Shown here: one piece after another, positions 42,300 to 55,165 of the stretch
How the letters are laid out: every line of letters starts with the position of its first letter
Position numbering within the stretch: the first letter of the stretch is position 1
Origin: Mobula hypostoma
Taxonomy: Eukaryota
Assembly: GCF_963921235.1 (NCBI RefSeq)
Contig: NC_086108.1
Coordinates: 14,632,001 to 14,696,000, forward strand
DNA length: 64,000 nucleotides
Direction: 5' to 3'
The notes under the pieces: generated by a model
The model's input: only the letters and a program-made list of their open reading frames with translations
What the model was told of the DNA's origin: nothing
Database searches by the model: none
Program-made: the position numbers and the translations under genes

Positions 42300-43850
42300 A
42301 GTTACAATGGTGATCTTGAGGCTTTAGCTCTTTGATGCTTCAGTCAGAGAAAGCAAAAAAAAAATGCTCTAGGTAGTTTTTTTTTTCCCCTTCTTTAGAT
42401 CTGCTCAGTTAGGATAGTAGAAATGCCAGACAGGATAGCTGAATGCTCCTCTTGCAGGATGTGGGAAGGTAGGGAGACCTCCAGTGTCCCTGACGACCAC
42501 AACTGTGAGCAGTGCATCCAGCTGCAGCTTCTAACAAACTGTGTTAAGGACATGAAGCTGGAACTGGATGAATTTCAGATCATTCGGGAGGCTAAGGGGG
42601 TGATAGATAGGACATAAAAAGAGGTATTTACACCCAAGGTGCAGGGCACAGGAAATAGGATGACCATCAGAAAGGGGAAAGGGGTTACATAGCCAGTGCA
42701 GAGTACCCCAAAGCTGTGGTGATAGGGGATCCGCTAGTTAGGGGAACGGACAGGAGGTTCTGTGGGCAAGAACAAGATTCCCAGATGGTATGTTGCCTCC
42801 TGGGTGCCAGGGTCCGGGACATCTCAGATCAAATCCTCAACATTCTTAAGTGGGAGGGTGAACAGTCAAAGATCTTGGTCCGTGTAGGTACTAATGACAT
42901 GGGTAGGATGAATGATGAGATTCTGCATTGGGAATTTATGGAGTTAGGTTAAAGGGCAGGACATCCAGGGTTGTGATCTCAGGATTACTATCCATGCCAA
43001 GTGCTAGTGAGGCCAGAAAAATTATACAGCTAAGGAATTGGTGTAGGAGGGAGAACATAAGATTTTTAGATCATTGGGCTCTCTTCCAGGGAAGGTGGGA
43101 CTTCTACAGAAGAAATGGTTTGCACCTGAATTGGAGGGGGACTAATATCCGAGCGGGAAGGCTTGCAAATGCTGCCTGGTGAGGTTTAAACTAGAGTTGC
43201 AGGAGGATGACATCCAGAGTGGTAGAACGGTTAGTGGAGATGTTGGTAAGACCTCAGACAAACTCAGGAATCAAAAGGTAGAGCATGGTGCAACTAGTGT
43301 CCTAAGATGCATATATTTCAATGCAGTAAGTATTATAGAAAAGGCAGATGAGCTCAAGGCATGGGTAAACACCTGGAATTATGACCTGGTAGCCATTAGT
43401 GAGACTTGATTGCAGGAGGGATAGGACTGGCAGCTCAATATTCCAGGATTCCATTGTTTTAGACATGATAGAGTGTGAGGGATTAAAGGAAGAGGAATGG
43501 AGTTACTATTCAGGGAAAATGTCACAGCAGTGCTCTATTATGACAGACCGGAGAACACTACTAGTGAGGCGTTATGGTGGAACTGAGAACTAAGAAAGGT
43601 ATGACCACAGTAATGGAGCTATATTACAGACCACCCAACAGTCCTAGTGACTTAGAGGAAGAAATTTGTAAAGAGATTGCAGACTGTTGCAAGAAACAAA
43701 AGATTGTTATGCAAGGTGAAGTGGACGAAGGCAAGTTGATGTTGTTTACATTGACTTTAGCAAGACATCTGACAAGGTCCCACATGGAAGGCTGGTCAGG
43801 AAAGCTCAGGATGAGATAGTAAATTGGATTAGACATTGGCTTTTGAAGTA
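42300..43850 (+). mobile_element. CR1 LINE 5' part: ORF1 (Zn finger plus SGNH esterase) and APE endonuclease start, decayed
   Basis: Reads ECSSCRMWE..CEQC; VIGD.LVRG..CCLLGARVRD..VGTND..NGLHLN; YFNA.SI..K.DEL..YDLVAISET; YYRPP. Confidence 0.85.
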
Positions 43851-44009
43851 TGATTGTATTAAATGCCAAACTATATTGATAAATAGCATTCTGGCATATG
43901 AGGTACCATATTCCAGATGGACAGGGCAAGAGTGAAGTGCAGAGGCTATGACATCATCAGTGGACCAATTTGGAACAAAGATGGAGAGGAACTCTGTGAA
44001 CCAGAGGGT

Positions 44010-46370
44010 AGTAAATGCTCTTCTTGCAGGATGTGGGAAGGGAGACATCCAGTGCCTGTGATGATTACACCTGCAAGAAGTGCATCCAGCTGCAGCTTCT
44101 TTAAGACTGTGTTAAAGAATTGGAACTGGAGTTGGATGAACTCTGGATCATTTGGGAGGCTAAAGGGGTGATTGACAGGTGTTACTGAGAGATGGTTGCA
44201 TCCAAGGTACGGGACACAGGCAACTGGGTGACTGTCAGGAAAGGGAGAGGGGATAAACAGACAGGGCAGGGTATCCCTTTGGCTAATCCCCTCAATAACA
44301 GATATACACTACTTTGGATACAGTTGGGGGAGGGGGGTGACCTAGCAGAGGAAAGCCTTAGCAGTCAGGTATCTGAATCTGGCTCTGTGGGCTCAGAAGG
44401 GATGTGGGGAGAAGAAACAAGCTGTATTGAGAGGGTATTTAATGGTTAGGGGAACAGGTAGGAGGTTCTGTGGATGAGAACAAGATCCCCAGATGTTATG
44501 TTGCCTCCCAAGTGCCAGGGTCAGGGACATCTCAGATTGAGTCCACGGAATTCTCAGGTGAGAGGGTGATCAGCCAGAGGTTGTGTCCACGTCGGTACCA
44601 ATGATATGGGTAGGAAAGTTGACAAGGCCCTGTAAAGTGAGTTCAGGGAGTTAGGAGCTAAGTTAAAGGTAAAGACTCCAGGGTTGTGATCTCAGGGTTG
44701 CTACCCATCCCACATGCTAATAAGGCCAGAAATCTGAAAATAATACAGTTTAACATGAGGCTAAAGATGTGGTGCAGGACAGAGGCTTCAAATTATTGGG
44801 TTCTGTTCCAGGGAAGATGAGACCTGTACAGACGGGATGGTTTGCACCAGAACTGGAGGGGGACTCATATCCTTGTGAGAAGGTTTGCTAGTGTTACGTA
44901 GGAAGGTTTGGAAGTAGAGTTGAAAAGTTCAAAGTAGATTTATTATCAAAGTACGTATACATCACCATATACAACCCAGAGATTAATTTTCTTGCAGGTA
45001 TACTCAGTCAATCCAATGACCATAATAGATGTTTTTTTGCATCTGTATTTCTTGAGGAAATGGACACAAAGTATATAGCTGTAAGGCAAAACAGCAGTGA
45101 AGTCATGGACCATATCAAGATTACAGAGAGGAGGTGTTTGCTGTCTTAAGGCAAATTAGATTGGATAGCTCCATAGGACCTGACAAGGTTTTCCCTTGGA
45201 CCCTGTGGGAGCCTCGTGCAGAAATTGCAGGGGTCCTAGGGTGGTGGGGTGGAGATACGTCTCTACCAAAGGAGATGTAGGGCGCTGCTTCCCTCCACTA
45301 GCCTGCAGATCACCTTTGAGCAAGGTGTAGCACCTGCTTAGCCCGCCCACCCCCATGATCAGGGTCACGTGAAACCATGGGAGCAGGTCGCATAAAGACA
45401 CTGACCAGAGATGAAGGCAAGGCAGTGGATGTTGTCTTCATGGGCTTTAGCGATCCTTTGACAAGGTCCACATGGGATGCTGGTCAAGAAGCTTCAGTGG
45501 CTTGGCATTCAAGATGAGGTAGTAAATTAGATTAGCTGTTGGCTTCACAGGAGAAGCCAGAAAGTGGTAGTAAGTAGGTGGTTGCCTCTCTGGAGGCCTG
45601 TGATAGGTGAAGTACTGCAGGAACCGGTGCTGAGTCTATTGTTATTTGTTATCTATATTAGTGTTCTGGATGATAATGTGATTAGCTGGGTCAGCAAATT
45701 TGCAGATGACACCAAGATCGGGGGTGCAGGGGACAGTGAGGAAGACTATCAAAGCTTACAGCGGGATCTGGATCAGCGAATAAAATGGGTTGAAAAATGG
45801 CAGGTGGAATTTAATACAGACAAGTGTTGACTTTGCAAGGACAAACCAAGGTAGGACTTACATAGTGAATGGCAGGCCACTGAGGAATGCAGTAGAACAG
45901 AGGGATCTGGGAATATAGATCCATAATTCCTTGAAAGTGATATCACAGGTAGATAGGGCTATGAATGGAGCTTTTGACACATTGGCCTTCATAAATCAAA
46001 GTATTGAGTATAGGAGATGGGATGTTATGTTGAAATTGTATAAGACGTTGGTGAGGCATAATTTGGAGTATTGTGTGCGGTTCCAGTTACCTACCTTTAG
46101 GAAAGATATCAATGTGATTGAAAAAGAATGCAGAAAAAACTTTACAAGGATGTTGCCAGAACTTGAGGACCTGAGATATAAGGAAAGGTTAAATAGGTAG
46201 GAGTTTATTCCCTAGAGTTAGGAGGATGAGGAGATACTTGATAAAGATATACAGAATTCAGAGAGGTATCAACAGAGTAAATACAAGCAGGCTTTTATTT
46301 TCCATTGAGATTGAGCAAGACTGGAACTAGAGTTAATGGGTTAAGGGTGAAAGATGAAATGTTTAAGGAG
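44010..46370 (+). mobile_element. Second decayed, internally deleted CR1 LINE (ORF1 esterase plus RT)
   Basis: Reads KCSSCRMWE, SKFADDTKIGG..KWQVEFN..KC and LYKTLVRHNLEYCV. Confidence 0.85.
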
Positions 46371-46534
46371 ATTCTCCTGCCTTCTCTTGATAACCTTCAA
46401 CACCCTTACTAACTGAGAACTTAACAACCACTGCTTTAAATATACCCAATGACTTGCCTCCACAGTGTATGTGGCAGTATATTCCACAGATTCACTATCC
46501 TCTGGCTAAAGGAATTCCTCACCATCTTTGTTCT

Positions 46535-47955
46535 AAATTGATCCACTGATAATTCCATAGCCTCTGCACTTCACTCCAGTCCTGTCTACCTGGAAAATGG
46601 TGGCTCATATGCCAGCATGCTGTTTATCAACATAGCTTGGTGTTTAATACAAGCATACCTCAGAAGTTGATGTGCAAACTGTTCTCATTGGACTCAACAC
46701 CGCCTCTGTAACTGGATCTTAAAGACCGCAATCAGTCCGTGTTGGCAGCAACATCTCTTGTACCTCCCCCTCCCCCCGCCACAAGGGCTGTGAGCTCAGC
46801 CTGCTGCTCTTCACACTCCTGACGCGTGACTGTACCACGAGATCCATTTCAAACTAAATTGTCGTTCACTGATGATACAACAGTTGCTGGCCTCGTCGAC
46901 AATTATGATGAGACGACATACAGAGGGGAGGTAAAGCAACTGATAAAACGGTGTGAGCACAGCAATTTGAGTCCCAACAGGGACAAGACCAAAGAAGTGA
47001 TTGTGAACTTTAGGGAAGTGCAGGCTGACCACTCCTCACTGTTCATAAATGGCTCCTCCATGGAGAGAGTTAGGAGCACCAAGTCTCTGGGAGTGCACAT
47101 AATGGACAATCTCACCTGGTCCATCGACACCACTCGTTAGCCAATAAAGCACAGCAGCGTCTGCAGCTCCAGACGACGTTGAGGTGACTGAGGAACCCCT
47201 ACAACCCCCCCCCACCCCCCATTCTAACCAATTTTTACCGGAGCACCATAGAAAGTGTTCTGACCACTTCTATTACCATCTGGTACAGAAATTACAAGGC
47301 ATCTAATCACAAGAGCCTACAAAGAATTGTGAGGACTGCTGAGAGGATAATTGGGGTCTCTCTTCCACCCATTAGAGATATTTATCAGATACACTATGTA
47401 TGCAAAGCATTGTCCATGATCCCTCCCATCTGTCCAACAATCTCTCTGACCCCCGACCATCAGGAAGGAGGTAATGTAGCATTAGAGTAGGAACTCAAAC
47501 AACAGGAATACTGCAGATGCTGGAAATTCAAGCAACACACATCAAAGTTGCTGGTGAACGGAGCAGGCCAGGCAGCATCTCTCGGAAGAGGTATAGTTAG
47601 TCCTGACGAAGGGTCTCGGCCTGAAACGTCGACCGTACCTCTTCCTAGAGATGCTGCCTGGTCTGCTGCGTTCACCAGCAACTTTGAAGTGTGTTGTTAG
47701 AGTAGGAACTGTTAGGGTGGGAAACAACTTCTTCCCCCAGGCCATGAGACTACTGAACTCCCTGTCACCATAAGGTCTCATCACATATGTAGCTTTTTAC
47801 TGTTTACTTTTTGACGTGTCATAAATGCACCTTATTATTTGTTAATTTATTTGTGGTAATATTACCTTTATGTTGTGTGTAAGTCTGGAGGAACACTTGT
47901 TTCCCTTGGCGATGTACATGTAGATGGTTAAATGGCAATAAACTTGAACTTGAAT
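46535..47955 (+). mobile_element. Decayed Rex1/Babar-type LINE
   Basis: Reads FTDDTTVAGLV..NRDKTKEVIVNF..LGVHI..NLTWS. AATAAA followed by a (CTTGAA)n tail. Confidence 0.75.
47496..47696 (+). mobile_element. 201-bp palindromic Penelope-like insertion with a hammerhead-type core
   Basis: 14-bp TSD TTAGAGTAGGAACT (47482-47495, 47697-47710). 61-bp inverted arms at 47533-47593 and 47636-47696. CTGACGA...GAAACGTC lies in the loop. Confidence 0.75.
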
Positions 47956-50798
47956 TAAAGGGGTATCCTTCTGTTCTGAGGCTCTGCCCTTTGGTCTTAG
48001 ACTCCTTGACAATAGGTAACATTTTCTCTATGTGAGTCTCCAATATTTCATAGGTTTCAATGAGATCTCCGCTCATTCTTCTAAACTCCAGTGAGTACAG
48101 GTCTAGACCCAGTGTTGGCTGTGGAACACCACTAGTTACCAGCAGTCAACCAGAAAAAAAAACTTTATTCCCATTCTTTGCCTCCTGCTGAGCAGCCAAT
48201 CTTCTACCCATGGAAGTATCTTCCCTGTAATACCATGGGCTCTAACTTTTTTTCAACAGCCTCATGTGTGGCACCTTATCAAAGGCCTTCTGAAAATTCA
48301 AGTCAACAGCATCCACTGACACCATGTAGGACCATAAGATGTAGGAGCAGATTAAGCCATTTGCCCCACCAAATCTAGTCCTGGCTGATTTATTATCCCT
48401 CTTATCCCCTCAGGGATTGAAGGGCATCTCCTGCCTTCTCTCCCATTACCTTTGATGCCCTTACAAATCAAGAACCTAACAGCCTCCACCTTAAATATAT
48501 CCCATGACCTGACCTCCACAGCAATCAGTGGCAATAAATTCCACATATTCACCACCCTGAGATTCATATTCTTGTGGGCATTCACAGCAGAACAAAGAAA
48601 TACAACAGAAGCAAAATAAGAAGACTGACAAATAACCAATGTGCAGAATGAGACAAAGTGAAACTACAGAAAAAAAATAAGGACATGAGTTGTACAGTCC
48701 TTGAAATGTGGAATCAGTTCAGTGCTGAGGTGAGCGAAGTTATCCATGCTGGATCAGGAGCCGGATGTTTGAAGAGTAATAATTGTCCCTTAACCCAGTG
48801 GCGGAGCCTAAGGTTCCCGTACCTCCTTCCTAATGGCAACGGTGAGAAGAGAGCATAACCTAGAAGGCGGGGGTCCTTGAGGGTCCTTGATGATGGGAGC
48901 TGCTTTCTTGTGGCCCGCTCCTTGTAGATGCACTCAGTGGTGGGGGTTGGCTTTTCCTGTGATGGACTGGGTTGTATCCACTACTTATTGTAGTACTGAC
49001 TCAACTCAGCATGGCCTGAATTACCAGAGAGTGCTCAAAGGAGTGAGTTCCTGTTGGAATGCTGAGCCCTATGTAAAATTCACCACCTCGTGTCGAGCTT
49101 ATCTTAGATCAGAAGTTGATTTCTGATCTTATCTTGGATCCGTGGGTGTTGATTTAAGCAGAATTTCCACTGATTCTCTGACCTTCAGAGCTAGTAGTTC
49201 TGGGAATTTGAGTCAATGCATCTTGGAAAGACATGCTCATTGGATTGCATCTTGTAATGTTGAGTGGGTCTGGATTGAGAATGGAGACTCAGAGACTGAA
49301 GCGACAAACTATGTGCAGGAGGAATTCAGCAGGTCAGGCAGCATCTGTGAAGGGATAGCTGTCTTTTCAGATCAACACTATGTATCAGGATTGAGAGTGG
49401 GGAGAGGAGACAGCCAGTGTAAAGAGATGAGCAGGAAACCACAGAGGGGGAGACATAAGAAAGAAGGACATACAGAACTCCTGTCGAAGAGAGGTGGGAA
49501 ACTTATCTGAAATCGGCATCCTTTGATAAGACATTGCAGTGGAAATGTAAAATAGTTTTGTATGTTGGGTAGAACTGGGTTCCACGATGTACTTCTGACT
49601 TACATTTCCCACCAATATACACTCCACCACACATCTATAGAAGTTTGTTAAAGTTTTAGATGTTATGCCAAATCTTCACAAACTTCTAAGGAAGTACAGG
49701 TGTTGTCATGCTTTCTTTGTAATGGGACTAGCAGGCCAGGCCCAGGACAGATCCTCTGAAATGAGGAATTTAAAGTTTATGAACACTCCACCTTTAATCC
49801 CCCAATGAGCAATGGCTCATGGACTTCTGGTTTTCTCCTTCTTAAGTCAATAATCACTCCTTGGTCTTGCTGACATTGAGTAAAGGGCTGTTGTTGTGAT
49901 TGTGTACTTTGGAACTTCTCTAAACTTCTCTTAAATGTTGCCCACATCCACCAGTTCCACTGGCAATTCATTCCACACTCTCTCCATCCTCTGAGTAATG
50001 AAGTTTCCCTTCATGTTCCCCTTAAATATTTCACCTTTCACCCTAAAGCAATGATCTCCAGTCTAGTCCCACCCAACCTCAGTGGAAAAAGCTTGCTTCA
50101 GGTGGGATTTAATAGGAACTTGGGGACCCTTGGGTGGTTAGTATATGGAACAAATTGCCTAAGAAACTGCTTGAACCAGACAACCTTTAAAAAATGTTTA
50201 GAGGGATGTGGTACAAAGATGTGCAAATGGCCAAGGAGCTGATTATTAACCGAAGCCATTCCATCAACCAGTTCATCACGGTAAAGTCCTCCCCACCTCT
50301 GAGCACATCTACATGAAACGCTATTGCAGGAAAGCAATATTCATCATCCTGGACTCCCACCACCCACATGCTCTCTTCTCATTGCTGCCATCAGGAAGAG
50401 GTTACAGGAGCCTCAGGACTCATACCACCAGGTTCAGAAGCGATTACTACCTCTCAACCACCAGGATCTTGAATCAAAGGGGATAATTTCACTCACCTTC
50501 ACTTGTCCTATCATAGAAATTCCCCACAACCGATGAACTTACTTTCAAAGACTCTTGATCTCATGTTCTCAATATTTATTGCTTATTTGTTTATCATTAT
50601 TATTTCTTCCTTTTTGTATTTGCACAGTTTGTAGTCTTTTGCACACTGGTTGAATACCCAAGTTGGTGAGTTCTTTCACTGATTCTGTTATGATTATTAT
50701 TTCTAAGATTTATTGAGTATGCCCACAAGAAAATGAGCTCAGGGTTATATATGGTGACATATTTGTACTTCGATAATAAATTTACTTTGTACCTGTAC

Positions 50799-52400
50799 TG
50801 TGAAATTCGAAATGGGTCTAGCTTAGATAGGAATCTTGATCGGCATAGACCAGTTGGGAAGAAGAGCCAGTTTCCATCGACCAGTTGGGCAGGAGAGCCA
50901 GTTTCCAAAGTCGAGTTACATAAGAGTATTACAAGACGCACCCAACCACGCCAGCTTCCAGGGTTTAGATGCTCTAACTCTTCGGAGTATGGATAGCCGG
51001 TGTGTTCCCTTTAAGCATTCAGGACCATCCCATTAGTGGGCAATCATGTTTTGGGCACCAACAATTGAGTATTTAAAGAGCACCTGAACACCTCAGTGCT
51101 CGTTCTTAAGTCCAACCAGAGATATCGTATAGGGTTTTGTTTAGTGCTCATTTCTGGACCCAGTTTTATTCCATGTCTCAATCCTAGCCTCGGATACTCC
51201 AGTATTTGGGTCCAAACTCTCATCACAGAACGACTGGAACGATGGACCCAGCAGGGTATCAGAGTCTTTCGTCCACTGTGACCAGCCACCTAGAGAAGAT
51301 TTCCAGACAGAGCCTGGAGATACATGGCCTCTAGGTAGTTCTTTGTCAGCTTTTGCAAGGAGGAAGCTAGATCGCTTGGGAAGGCCAGTACATCTTGCAG
51401 CTCTGGAGAGATGGTGACCCAGGCCCTTGCTGCGGCTTCCTCAGCCAATACTCATTAGTGTTTGAATGCCAGCTGTCTAGTTTCCTTTGGAGCATGGAAA
51501 GGTGGCCTTCATTATCAGAAGAGCCCTGGCTTGGGCCCTGTACATTGGGAACAAAGGTCGGATGTTTGCTCAGATTTGGAGGAATTCATGACTGTCTTGA
51601 GTGAGGAAGGTGTTCCATCACCCTGCCAGAGCCGGTTGGACTGTCTGATGAAAATTCCACAGGGCAGACAGTCAGCAGTCAACTTCACTATGAAGTTTCG
51701 CACCTTGACCCAAAAGAGTGGCTGGAACAGTGAGGCCTTGGCCACCCTATACTGCTATGGACTCTAAGATGAACTGAAGGATGTCCTTGCCTTGGGAGAG
51801 CCAGCAGAGGACTTAAAGGTTCTGATTGACCAATCCATTTGTTTCAATAATTGGCAGAGTGTAAGTGGGACTAAATCAAAAGATCAAAGAGAACTGGCCT
51901 AAGCCTTGTCTCAATGCATCATAGTTCTGCCCCACCTCCACCCCAATTTCGGACCATGACCTGCCTGTCCCCCGTTCAGGACTCAGTCGAACCCATGCAG
52001 ATCAGCTGCACTAGACTCTCCATGAATGGGAGGTCCCGGCAACAGAGTCAAGGCTGCTGCTATTACTGCGGGAAGTCAGGTCACCTACAGGCTGAATGCC
52101 CAAGTCTGCAACCATTGGGAGAACTGAAAAGATCGTCCAGTGTTGGGAGGACACAGATTCAGGTTTCGTGCTGAAGGCAGACATCACCTGGGATAAGAAT
52201 CGGTGGGTGATGAAGGCTTTTATGAACTCTGGGGCAGCGGGTAATTTCCTGGACTTAGGAACCACCCGTCAGCATGACATACCGCTGTGAGAGTTGAGCC
52301 AGTCCCTGCCTGCAACTCTCCTGGACGGACGGCTGCCCGCAAGATCCTGGGCAGATCCAGCAACAGACTGTGATTTTGCTGATCATATGGAGAACGTTAG
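50799..52400 (+). mobile_element. 3'-truncated Ty3/Gypsy element (sushi/PEG10-like gag): 5' LTR, gag, protease
   Basis: TG...CA LTR at ~50799-51227, then GAACGACTGG and ATG GAC CCA GCA at 51242. Gag motifs CCGFLSQ..LVF, QGRQS...F...FRTL...SGWN..AL and EPMQI; CCHC knuckle CYYCGKSGHLQAEC; protease AFMNSGAAGNFLD. Confidence 0.85.
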
Positions 52401-52877
52401 GTTTTACCATCACCAGGTTTAAGAGCACACCATCAAGCTCCTGAACCAGAGGGGATAATTTCACTTGCCCCATCACTGAACTATTCCCACAAACTATAGA
52501 TTCACTTTCAAGGACTCTTCATCTCATGTTATCGATATTTATTGCTTATTTATTAATTATTATTATATTTTTCTTTCTTTTTCTATTTGCACAGTTTGTT
52601 ATCTTGCACACTGGTACAGCCTTTCATTGATTCTATAATAGTTATTGGATTTATTGAGTATGCCCGTAAGAAAATGAAGCATCAACTGTACTCTTTTCCA
52701 TAGATGCTGCCTGGCCTGCTGAGTTCCTCCAGCATTTTGTGTGTGTTGCTCAGATTTCCAGCATCTACGGATTTTCTCTTGTTTGTGGTTGAATCTCAGA
52801 GTTGTACGTGGTGACAATATGTACTTTGATAATAAATTTACTTTGAACCTGACTGTCCATCTGCGTTTCCATTGCAG

Positions 52878-52988
52878 CATCATTCTCCCCCACCTGGCTT
52901 TGTGAGTGTGCTGAAACTGATGAACATTGCCTTCACCATCACCTTCACCCTTGAATGCATCCTCAAAATCATTGCCTTTGGATTCCTG
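52878..52988 (+). CDS. CACNA1E: Cav2 alpha-1 exon: IVS1-S2 loop and IVS2 ([37 protein letters not shown])
   Basis: Acceptor ttccattgcAG and donor CTG|GTGAGT; 111 nt, phase 0-0. Has the S2 motif E-C-x-L-K-I-I-A-F-G. Confidence 0.93.
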
Positions 52989-53523
52989 GTGAGTACCATT
53001 AGAAGAGTAACCACCATCTGGGTAAAATATAGCAACGTATAGGGTGAAGAATGGTATGCCAAGAATCGGGCCACATGACCTTATGTTGCCCGAGGCTGTA
53101 CCATGGGATCAGCAATGCACAAACCTCACATTAGGAAGGGCATGGAGATGAATGATGTTTTCCTCTGTCTCCACTGTGTCATTCCTGTCTTGCCAATGGT
53201 AGATGGTACAGAGCTGGGCCTATTTAACCCTTGCACAGCCTGCCCCTGGGCAGTGTGAGATGGAATAGTGCGAGGGAAGCTCCAAAACCATGAAAGTGTA
53301 CTTGCTAAGAGAGGTTGGAGAGCTGTGGTGCTTTAATATGAGGAACCACTATGGATTCAGTGGGCTCCAACAATGAGACTATTTGACAGAGAACCATCCT
53401 GATCAACTGCAGCTCAGATTATCTTCTTGTGAGTCGATAGGAGCAGCAGTTACTTGTTAAAGTATTGGCTGATCAAAGAAGCATGAAACATTCTCACTTC
53501 TCATGTTTATTCCTCCCTTACAG

Positions 53524-53607
53524 AACTACTTCCGAGACTCGTGGAACGTATTTGATTTTGTGACTGTGGTGGGCAGCATCAGTGAGATCATTGTAACAGA
53601 ATGCAAT
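53524..53607 (+). CDS. CACNA1E: Cav2 alpha-1 exon: IVS3 ([28 protein letters not shown])
   Basis: Acceptor tcccttacAG and donor AAT|GTACGG; 84 nt. Has the WNxFD S3 motif. Confidence 0.93.
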
Positions 53608-55048
53608 GTACGGTGCCTCAATGCCATACCACTTAGTGTGCACGAGAGTGAGAGACTGGCACAGTCGGAACATGACTGGGTGTGAGGCTGTGTATGAAAG
53701 AGAATATCGTGAGAGTATCAGCTGGGAGGTTGGGAGACAGTGTGCTTGTGAGTGAGTGAAGAAAAGGGAAATTAACGAATAAGAGAGGGAATAGACTTAA
53801 GGTGGATTTTTAAGGGGACTGAGATTTTCCACTCAGAGGGTGGTAAGTATACGAAACGAGTTGTCAGAGGAAGTGGTAAAGGCAGGTACAATTGCAACAT
53901 TTAAGAGATATATGGACAGATAGGAAAGGTTTAGATGGATAGAAAAGGTTTGAAGGTGCTATATATAGGCCAAATGCAGGCAAATGGCACTACGTCAGGT
54001 AGATAGCTTGCTGTACATGGACAAGGTGGGGGAGAGAGAGACTGTTTCTGTGCTGTATAACTCTATGTCTGTTGATCAAGTGTGGGAGAGTATAAGAGAG
54101 GGCACAAACTGTAGTGAAAGTGAGAGAGGGCACACTCCCAAACAAGAGACTGAGGGATGAGCCTGATAGAAGTTTATGAAATTATGGGAGGGAGAGGTAG
54201 AGTAGAGAGTCAGAATCTTGTTCCCAGCGTAGAAATGTCAAATACAGGAGGGCATGCATTTAAGGTGTAAGAGGAAAACTGAACAGGCTGCCCAGGATGG
54301 TGGTAGAGGCTCAAGTTTGTGGGGAATGAAGGGATATGGATCATGTACGAGCAGGGGAGATTTAGCTTAATTCGGCATTGTATTTAGCACGGGCATGATG
54401 GGCCGAGGGGCCTTGCTCCTGTGCTGTACTATTCTACATTCCAAGAGCAATCACAATCAGAACTGTATAACTAATAGAGAGGGCACAGTTGAGAATGCGA
54501 TTGAATATGAGATAGGTGAGGAAATAAGTTCGAAAGTATAACAGAGGGAGCAACCATGTGTGGGAGGTATGAGGGATTGGGAGTTGTTGGGGTTCAGGGT
54601 AGAAGGGCTCTGATGGGTTGGATGAGTGAAATTGATGATGTAGGGGGCATCCTTAGAGTTCATGATAGAGCGGCTCTGAGAGTGTAGGGAGTATTCTTAA
54701 AGTGTAGTGTAGATGGGTTCCCATAGAGTGAAGGGGAAAGAAACCCTGAACGTGTAGAGGAATGTTCTTGGGGTACCACCTTGTGGAATGAGGGTGTATG
54801 ATTCAGGCCTTTAGGGAAATGTACTTGTGTTGTATGGTATGAGAGCTGTAACAGGGTGAAGGGGAGAAGGCCTCAGATGGAGTCAAGGAGCTGGGGGTCA
54901 GTGTAGAAGCATGTGAACAGCGGGCCAGTGACATCTCCTGTCTTTCACTGACAATTGCTGAGAATCTGGGGAATAGGAAAGGCACAGAATGACAAGGAAT
55001 ATTGTAGGCAGCGCCTCCTTTTGATCTTTCCTTTTGACCTCCCCACAG

Positions 55049-55165
55049 CTGAAGTTCGTGAACCTGAGCTTCCTGAAGCTGTTCCGTGCTGCCCGACTCA
55101 TCAAGCTGCTTCGTCAAGGTTACACCATCCGCATCCTCCTCTGGACCTTCGTGCAGTCCTTCAAG
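55049..55165 (+). CDS. CACNA1E: Cav2 alpha-1 exon: IVS4 voltage sensor ([39 protein letters not shown])
   Basis: Acceptor ctccccacAG and donor AAG|GTAGTG; 117 nt. K/R at every third residue. Confidence 0.94.

Noticed and set aside
42716..43182. SGNH hydrolase-like ORFs as a cellular esterase gene
   Set aside because: They are CR1 ORF1, directly followed by the APE endonuclease. Several broken copies occur in the window.
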